DNA of 32,000 nucleotides from contig NZ_JBNASF010000001.1 in NCBI RefSeq assembly GCF_049720995.1, positions 89,401-121,400 on the forward strand, written 5' to 3'. Below the pieces are notes generated by a model. That model worked only from the letters and a program-made list of their open reading frames with translations, was not told the DNA's origin and made no database searches. A program made the translations under genes and the position numbers. Every line of letters begins with the position of its first letter. Positions within the stretch are counted from its first letter, which is position 1. The DNA comes from Methanothermobacter sp. Lineage in GTDB: Archaea > Methanobacteriota > Methanobacteria > Methanobacteriales > Methanothermobacteraceae. Shown in pieces: positions 26,082 to 32,000 of the stretch.

Positions 26082-27557
26082 ATGAAGTACCGCTGCAAGG
26101 TATGTGATTACATATATGACCCTGATGTGGGTGACCCCAGATCAGGCATAAAACCAGGGACCCCATTTGAAGAACTTCCAGATGACTGGCTCTGCCCGGT
26201 CTGCAACGTGGGCAAGGACCAGTTTGAACCCCTGAGGGGCGAGGTGAGGCGCGTGAGGCCAGAGGATATAGACATGTTCTGCTACCAGTGCTCCCAGACA
26301 GTCCGGGGAAAGGCATGCACAGTAAAGGGAGTCTGTGGAAAGGAAGCGACAGTGGCAAGACTCCAGGACAACCTTCTATTTGCTATAAAGGGCATTTCAG
26401 CCTATCTTTACCATGCCAGGGAACTTGGGTACACCGATGAGGTGGTGGATGCATTCCTTGAGAGGGGATTCTACTCAACACTCACCAACGTGAACTTCGA
26501 TGCAGATGAATTTGTAAGCCTCGCCCTTGAGGCTGGTGAAATGAACTTGAGGACCATGAAACTCCTCAAGAAGGCCCACATAGACACCTATGGTGAACCT
26601 GAACCCGCAGAAGTCCGGGTGGGTGCCCTTGAGGGTCCCGCCATAATAGCAACAGGTCACAGCCTGAAGGCGCTTGAAGAGCTGCTCAAGCAGACCGAAG
26701 GTACAGGTGTGAACGTGTACACCCACTCAGAGCTGCTTCCAGCCCACGGTTACCCTGGACTGAGGAAGTACCCGCACCTTGCAGGGCAGCTTGGAGGACC
26801 ATGGTTCGACCAGAGGGAGACCTTCTCACGCTATACTGCTGCTGTGCTCGGAACATCAAACTGCGTGCTGCTTCCACGCGACAGTTACAGGGAGAGGATG
26901 TTCACCTGTGGAGTTGCCGGTCTTCCGGGGGTTGAACATGTAGAGGGCTACGACTTCAGTCCTGTGATAGAGAAGGCCCTTGAACTTCCACCCCTTAAAG
27001 AGGAGGAGGCCACCACTCTCACAACTGGTTTCGGTCTCTCAACAATCCTATCACTTGCAGACAAAATAGAGGAACTTGTGGAGGAGGGTAAAATCAGGAG
27101 GTTCTTCCTTGTTGGCGGCTGCGATTCACCACTCCCCAGGGCAAAGTACTACACTGAATTTGTGCGGGGGCTCCCTGAGGATACGGTTGTTCTCACACTG
27201 GCCTGCGGCAAGTACCGTTTCAACTCAATGGACCTGGGTGACATCGAGGGGATCCCCAGGCTCATAGACCTGGGACAGTGCAACGACTCCATAGTTGCAG
27301 TGGAGCTTGTGGAGGCGCTTAGCAACCTCTTCAATATGGATGTGAATGAGCTGCCCCTCAGCATAGTCCTCAGCTGGATGGAACAGAAGGCCGCTGCAAT
27401 ACTGTGGAGCCTCCTATCACTGAACCTCAAGGGCATGTACATAGGTCCCATACTGCCTGGATGGGCCAACGATGACATCATAAATGTGCTTGTTGATAAC
27501 TATGAACTCACACCAATAGGTGACCCTGAAGAAGATATCAGGAAGATGCTCGGGTGA
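26082..27557 (+). CDS. hcp: Rubredoxin fused to hybrid-cluster protein (Hcp, short archaeal class)
   Basis: The start context is GGTGAT-tgaa-ATG. The rubredoxin part is [27 protein letters not shown]. The Hcp part carries an N-terminal Cys cluster ([23 protein letters not shown]) and motifs ..[13 protein letters not shown].., ..GTSNCVL.., ..LACGKYRF.., ..GQCNDS... Confidence 0.85.
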   Translation: MKYRCKVCDYIYDPDVGDPRSGIKPGTPFEELPDDWLCPVCNVGKDQFEPLRGEVRRVRPEDIDMFCYQCSQTVRGKACTVKGVCGKEATVARLQDNLLFAIKGISAYLYHARELGYTDEVVDAFLERGFYSTLTNVNFDADEFVSLALEAGEMNLRTMKLLKKAHIDTYGEPEPAEVRVGALEGPAIIATGHSLKALEELLKQTEGTGVNVYTHSELLPAHGYPGLRKYPHLAGQLGGPWFDQRETFSRYTAAVLGTSNCVLLPRDSYRERMFTCGVAGLPGVEHVEGYDFSPVIEKALELPPLKEEEATTLTTGFGLSTILSLADKIEELVEEGKIRRFFLVGGCDSPLPRAKYYTEFVRGLPEDTVVLTLACGKYRFNSMDLGDIEGIPRLIDLGQCNDSIVAVELVEALSNLFNMDVNELPLSIVLSWMEQKAAAILWSLLSLNLKGMYIGPILPGWANDDIINVLVDNYELTPIGDPEEDIRKMLG

Positions 27558-27561
27558 TTGG

Positions 27562-27879
27562 ATGGAACTCAGGGGAAAGGTTCTGAAACTGAATGAACTG
27601 ATTGACCACCAGAAAGATTCGGTGGTGAGCAGGGAGATCATCAGGAAGGATGCAGGTACTGTGACCCTCTTTGCCTTTGACAGTGGTCAGGGTCTCAGTG
27701 AACACACTGCACCATTCGATGCCATGGTCCAGGTGATCGAGGGTGAGGCAGAAATTACAATAAGCGGGGAGAAGAACCGTGTGGCTGCAGGTGAGATGAT
27801 AATAATGCCAGCCAATGAGCCCCATGCGGTGATGGCGGTGAAACCCTTCAAGATGCTCCTCACCATGATAAGGTCATGA
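27562..27879 (+). CDS. Cupin-domain protein
   Basis: The start context is GGTGAT-tgg-ATG, 4 nt after the hcp stop. ..GLSEHTAPFDAMVQVIEGEAEITISGEKNRVAAGEMIIMPANEPHAV.. is a two-motif cupin barrel. Confidence 0.7.
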   Translation: MELRGKVLKLNELIDHQKDSVVSREIIRKDAGTVTLFAFDSGQGLSEHTAPFDAMVQVIEGEAEITISGEKNRVAAGEMIIMPANEPHAVMAVKPFKMLLTMIRS

Positions 27880-27932
27880 GTGCGTGGTGGATTCAATAGG
27901 ACAGGTTCCAACAGCCCTGAAATCCAGAATAA

Positions 27933-29168
27933 CTAGATCCCCATAAGGCCAACCGCCACTAGACCGGTGCCCACAATGACAAGGAAGAGGGTCCCCACCC
28001 TTTTCCCGAACATTTTTGTGCCAAGTGCCAAGGCTATTCCACCCTTTATAATTGTGTTTGAGACTCCAGCGAGGGTTATGGCAGTTGCGGCTGTTGAAGA
28101 GCTTACAGAACCCCCCGCTGCCAGTAAAGACATGCTCACAGTTATGGCATCCACATCTGCAAATCCCGAGATCACAGCAGCTGCCAGAACACCTCCACGG
28201 CCAAGGTAAACGTTCGCAGCCTTGGACAGGAATAGGATAACCATGAAAATCGCCCCGAATATGAGTGCAGGCTTAACAGAGAAGGGGTTTTCGATTTTAA
28301 TATCCTGATCAATCTTTGATGGTGACCTGATGAACAGAACACCCAGAGCCATCCCGGTTACCCCCATGGCAAGCAGGGGAAGTGCAACGTACCCCATCAG
28401 TGAGGGGTTTATGACAGAGACCTCCAGCAGTATCCTGAAAAACATCATTGAACTTGAAACAACCGTAGCGAATACAGCCGGCCTCATGAGGTCATCAGAT
28501 TCCCTCACACGCCCTGCCATCGCCGTAACCACAGCCGTACTCGACACCAGACCCCCTATTATTCCGGTGACGCTGAGACCCCTATCCGGGCCTGCTATCT
28601 TCATTGCAATGTAACCCGCATAGCTTATCGCTGATATGAACACCACCATCAGCCACACCTGATAGGGGTTGAAGACCCCCCACGGGCCAAGTGGTGTATC
28701 CGGAAGAAGCGGGAGAATCACAAAGGCTATTACAAGGAATTTTATTGTATCTATCATCTCCCTCTCGCTTATCCTCCTTACAGCAATGTGAATGTACCTT
28801 TTAAGGGCAAGGAGCGCCGTTACAATGATTGCAAGCATTGCTGCAAGCCTGTAATCACCTGAAAAGCACATTGCACCTAGAATAAAAGTTATAAACGCTG
28901 CAACTTCCCCAGTTATCCCTATATCCCCATCATCCCTTGTGCTCACGATGTAGCTTGCAGATACTATGGCAACCAGACCCAGAAAGGCAAGAGGGAGCAT
29001 CAGGGAAAAAATCCCTGATAGATACGCTGAAAGGGCCCCCATGAGTGATATCAGGATGAATGTTCTTATACCTGCAAATTCTGTCCCCCCTGTCTTCCTT
29101 TCCCTCTCAATACCCACCAGGGCTCCCAGGGCCAGGGCTATCAAAAACTTAATTACCGGGAAATCCAT
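27933..29168 (-). CDS. MgtC/SapB-type membrane protein with DUF4010-like C-terminal region
   Basis: MDFPVIKFLIALALGALVGIERERKTGGTEFAGIRTF.. followed by about 10 further TM segments. The track ORF extends 112 codons further upstream, across the ilvD promoter, and I discount that extension. Confidence 0.65.
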   Translation of the reverse strand: MDFPVIKFLIALALGALVGIERERKTGGTEFAGIRTFILISLMGALSAYLSGIFSLMLPLAFLGLVAIVSASYIVSTRDDGDIGITGEVAAFITFILGAMCFSGDYRLAAMLAIIVTALLALKRYIHIAVRRISEREMIDTIKFLVIAFVILPLLPDTPLGPWGVFNPYQVWLMVVFISAISYAGYIAMKIAGPDRGLSVTGIIGGLVSSTAVVTAMAGRVRESDDLMRPAVFATVVSSSMMFFRILLEVSVINPSLMGYVALPLLAMGVTGMALGVLFIRSPSKIDQDIKIENPFSVKPALIFGAIFMVILFLSKAANVYLGRGGVLAAAVISGFADVDAITVSMSLLAAGGSVSSSTAATAITLAGVSNTIIKGGIALALGTKMFGKRVGTLFLVIVGTGLVAVGLMGI

Positions 29169-29252
29169 GTTATAATATATGACAGTTAAATTAATATTAT
29201 TTATTCCATGATAATTAATAATAATCCGGGTGATGATAATAACGGTGATTCC

Positions 29253-30902
29253 ATGAAAAGTGATACCATAAAGAGGGGAATACAGAGGGCACCCCACCGA
29301 TCCCTCCTCAGAGCATGTGGTCTGACAGACCAGGACTTTGAAAAGCCATTCATAGGAATAGCCAGCAGCTACACGGATATCGTGCCAGGCCACCTGCACC
29401 TCAGAGAACTTGCAGATGAGGTCAGGGCTGGAATAAACGCTGCAGGTGGAGTTGCATTTGAATTCAACACCATGGCCATATGTGACGGTATAGCCATGAA
29501 CCATGAGGGCATGAAGTACTCCCTTGCATCAAGGGAGATAGTCGCAGATACCGTGGAGAGCATGGCAAAGGCCCATGCCCTTGACGGACTTGTCCTTCTT
29601 CCAACCTGTGATAAGATAGTCCCCGGTATGCTAATGGCCGCTGCAAGACTTGATATACCATCAATAGTGGTCACCGGCGGCCCCATGCTACCCGGGGAAT
29701 TCCAGGGAAGAAAGGTTGACCTCATAAATGTGTATGAGGGTGTAGGCGCCGTGAGTGCAGGTGAAATGAGTGAGAATGAACTTGCCGAGCTCGAAAGATG
29801 CGCCTGTCCCGGCCCGGGTTCATGCGCAGGGCTCTTCACAGCCAACACCATGGCCTGCCTCACAGAGGCCCTGGGTATGAGCCTCCCTGGATGCGCAACG
29901 GCACATGCTGTAAGCTCAAAAAAGAGGCAGATTGCAAGGCTCTCAGGTTACAGGATAGTGGAGATGGTGAATGAGAACCTCAAGCCAACATGGATAATGA
30001 GCAGGGAGGCCTTTGAGAACGCTGTGATGGTTGATCTTGCACTTGGAGGTTCAACCAACAGTACACTTCACATCCCGGCCATAGCAGCTGAGATAGAGGG
30101 CCTGGACATCAACCTTGATGTCTTTGATGAGCTGAGCAGGAGAATACCCCACATAGCATCGATCTCACCTGCAGGTGAGCATATGATGATAGACCTTGAT
30201 AGGGCCGGGGGAATACAGGCCGTCATGAAAACCCTCAGGGATCACCTCAACACCAGCTGCATGACCTGCACAGGAAAAACCGTCGCTGAGAACATGAGAG
30301 ATGCCAGGGTGAGGGACACCACAGTTATAAGACCCCTGGATGACCCGGTCCACAGGGAAGGCGGCCTCGCCATACTCAGGGGTAACCTGGCACCCAGGGG
30401 CTCTGTGGTGAAGCAGGGAGCTGTTGCAGATGATATGCTTGTCCATGAGGGCCCGGCCAGGGTATTTGAAAGTGAAGACAAATGTGTTGAGGCAATATTC
30501 AGTGGAGAAATAGCCGAGGGAGATGTTATCGTCATAAGGTATGAGGGACCCAAGGGTGGCCCTGGTATGAGGGAGATGCTGAACCCAACCTCTGCAATTG
30601 CGGGTATGGGGCTCGAAAGGGTGGCCCTTATAACCGATGGAAGGTTCTCAGGGGGTACCAGGGGGCCATGCGTTGGTCACGTCTCCCCCGAGGCAATGGA
30701 GGATGGGCCCATAGCAGCTGTGAGGGATGGGGACACAATAAGGATAGATATACCCTCAAGAAAAATTGAGGTTGATCTGACGGAAGACGAGATCAAAAGA
30801 AGAATTGAATCTGCAGAAAAACCGGAACGCCACGTTAGGGGATGGCTTGCACGCTACAGAAAACTTGCAGGTTCAGCAGATACAGGTGCCATTTTAAGAT
30901 GA
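29253..30902 (+). CDS. ilvD: Dihydroxy-acid dehydratase
   Basis: The start context is GGTGAT-tcc-ATG (MKSDTIKRG..). ..[16 protein letters not shown].., ..[12 protein letters not shown].. and ..[14 protein letters not shown].. are the ILVD/EDD signatures. Confidence 0.95.
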   Translation: MKSDTIKRGIQRAPHRSLLRACGLTDQDFEKPFIGIASSYTDIVPGHLHLRELADEVRAGINAAGGVAFEFNTMAICDGIAMNHEGMKYSLASREIVADTVESMAKAHALDGLVLLPTCDKIVPGMLMAAARLDIPSIVVTGGPMLPGEFQGRKVDLINVYEGVGAVSAGEMSENELAELERCACPGPGSCAGLFTANTMACLTEALGMSLPGCATAHAVSSKKRQIARLSGYRIVEMVNENLKPTWIMSREAFENAVMVDLALGGSTNSTLHIPAIAAEIEGLDINLDVFDELSRRIPHIASISPAGEHMMIDLDRAGGIQAVMKTLRDHLNTSCMTCTGKTVAENMRDARVRDTTVIRPLDDPVHREGGLAILRGNLAPRGSVVKQGAVADDMLVHEGPARVFESEDKCVEAIFSGEIAEGDVIVIRYEGPKGGPGMREMLNPTSAIAGMGLERVALITDGRFSGGTRGPCVGHVSPEAMEDGPIAAVRDGDTIRIDIPSRKIEVDLTEDEIKRRIESAEKPERHVRGWLARYRKLAGSADTGAILR

Positions 30903-31351
30903 TGGGTGTAATCATGAGCGATGATAAAAGGGAATGGGTTGAAGCAGCAGCATACATTCTCCTCCTCTTACTTGCTGTTGTTGCATCACAGCACATGAAC
31001 GTGGTTGTATCAGGAAGCATGGAGCCAGTGTTCTACAGGGGAGACATAGTGATAATCGAAAAGAGCAACTTTTTCGGCATAAAAGAACTGAACCCTGAAA
31101 ACATACAGAAGGGTGACATAATAATCTATGACGCCACATGGTTCCCCGAGCCAGTTATACACAGAGTTATAGCCGTCGAAAAGGATAAAAAAGGCGAGAA
31201 ATATTACATCACAAAGGGTGACAACAACCCATCACCTGACCCTGCACCTGTGTATCCCCCACAGGTCGAGGCAAGGGTCATAACGGTGGGTTCAAATCCA
31301 CTGATAATACCCAAGGTGGGCTACATAACACTCTGGCTTAAGGGACTCTGA
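30899..31351 (+). CDS. Archaeal signal peptidase I (S26B, Sec11-type)
   Basis: A TM anchor is followed by ..[16 protein letters not shown].. (catalytic Ser), ..VIHRVIAV.. (His) and ..KGDNNPSPD... The ATGATG start overlaps the ilvD stop; ATG 30914 is also possible. Confidence 0.85.
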   Translation: MMGVIMSDDKREWVEAAAYILLLLLAVVASQHMNVVVSGSMEPVFYRGDIVIIEKSNFFGIKELNPENIQKGDIIIYDATWFPEPVIHRVIAVEKDKKGEKYYITKGDNNPSPDPAPVYPPQVEARVITVGSNPLIIPKVGYITLWLKGL

Positions 31352-31366
31352 AGGCAGGTGAGGAAA

Positions 31367-32000
31367 TTGTTCAGATACATTGAAAACAGTGCAAGGGATT
31401 CAATAACCGGAGCGCTTGAGAAGCTCCAGCTACCAGTACCCTCAGAGATCAAACTGGAGGAACCACCAAACCCCCAGCTGGGGGATCTTGCATGCACGGT
31501 GGCCTTTGAACTTGCAGGTGAACTCAAAAGGCCTCCAATGGAGATAACCTCCGATATAATGTCTGTTATTGAAAATCATGAGATATTTGAGGCCGTCGAA
31601 TCAAAGGGGCCCTACATAAACTTCTTTGTTGATTATGGAAAGCTTTCAAGAAAACTCCTTGAACTCATGGATGATGGGTACGGGTCCCATCCAGAGAGGG
31701 GTGAGAAGATAATCCTTGAGCACACCTCTGCAAACCCCAACGGCCCGCTGCACATAGGGCATATAAGGAATGCCATCATCGGGGACTCACTTGCAAGGAT
31801 ACTCAGAAAGGCAGGATACCAGGTTGAAACCCAGTATTATGTCAATGACATGGGGCGCCAGATAGCCATGATAGTCTGGGGTCTCCTGAACCTCCAGAGA
31901 AACCTGGATGACTACCCCGGAGATAAAAAGGACCACAGGGTTGGAAGGCTTTACCTGGAGGTTAACCGGAAACTCGAGGAGGATCCGGGTATAAAGGACG
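31367..32000 (+). CDS. argS: Arginyl-tRNA synthetase, 3' end outside window
   Basis: This ORF is not in the track because it has no stop within the window. TTG 31367 follows AGGTGAGG. The product reads (M)[19 protein letters not shown].. ..[29 protein letters not shown].. (HIGH motif) ..[10 protein letters not shown]... Confidence 0.9.
   Translation, partial: MFRYIENSARDSITGALEKLQLPVPSEIKLEEPPNPQLGDLACTVAFELAGELKRPPMEITSDIMSVIENHEIFEAVESKGPYINFFVDYGKLSRKLLELMDDGYGSHPERGEKIILEHTSANPNGPLHIGHIRNAIIGDSLARILRKAGYQVETQYYVNDMGRQIAMIVWGLLNLQRNLDDYPGDKKDHRVGRLYLEVNRKLEEDPGIKD

Noticed and set aside
29155-29225. An apparent one-base inconsistency between my hand reading of the printed bases (an extra G near 29161 and one A fewer near 29220) and the ORF-track translations
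   Set aside because: The two differences cancel within 60 nt, and everything on either side agrees with the track. I treat it as my own reading or counting error and used the track-derived coordinates.
29169-29504. The 112-codon N-terminal extension of the MgtC-like ORF, and the 15-codon extension of ilvD (29208)
   Set aside because: The extensions overlap each other and the AT-rich divergent promoter. They are Ile/Asn/Tyr-rich translations of AT-rich DNA. SD-supported internal ATGs (29168 and 29253) give canonical N-termini.

Overview
This window reads as a densely packed chromosomal core segment of a hydrogenotrophic methanogen. Several lines point to Methanothermobacter (Methanobacteriales, pseudomurein wall): the marker genes (mtd, fused fae-hps, NifD-like cfbD, archaeal-type thrS, alba, Sec11-type signal peptidase), two TGTACA TRP boxes in front of trpB2, and the recurrent Shine-Dalgarno pattern (GGTGAT or GGAGG, 3-8 nt before the start). 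I call 34 protein genes (two cut by the window edges), one decayed surface-protein pseudogene, and a few promoters, terminators and repeats. I saw no rRNA, tRNA, CRISPR array, transposase or integrase. About ten longest-ORF starts in the supplied track look over-extended, and I reset them to SD-supported starts. Hand-derived coordinates may be off by 1. Most of this is housekeeping DNA rather than an island, so there is no clear-cut new system. The best leads are these. (1) A tightly coupled MurG-like glycosyltransferase and Wzy-like polymerase pair sits next to a stand-alone C39-type cysteine peptidase, with a MOP flippase 4.5 kb away; these are candidates for unassigned pseudomurein assembly steps. 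(2) A ParA ATPase is paired with a 99-aa protein that combines a ParB-type N-terminal GLGxGLDAL peptide with a ribbon-helix-helix-like domain (SegAB-like), and a perfect 20-bp palindrome lies upstream. (3) A small secreted basic, Cys-rich protein has its signal peptide encoded upstream of the only ATG, implying an ATT start. (4) A rubredoxin-Hcp fusion with a cupin is placed opposite a divergent TrmB-type regulator, and an inverted repeat brackets the TATA box. (5) Two unexplained intergenic repeat structures lie at 14608-14703 and 20561-20714. All functional links are inferences from reading the sequence. No searches were run.
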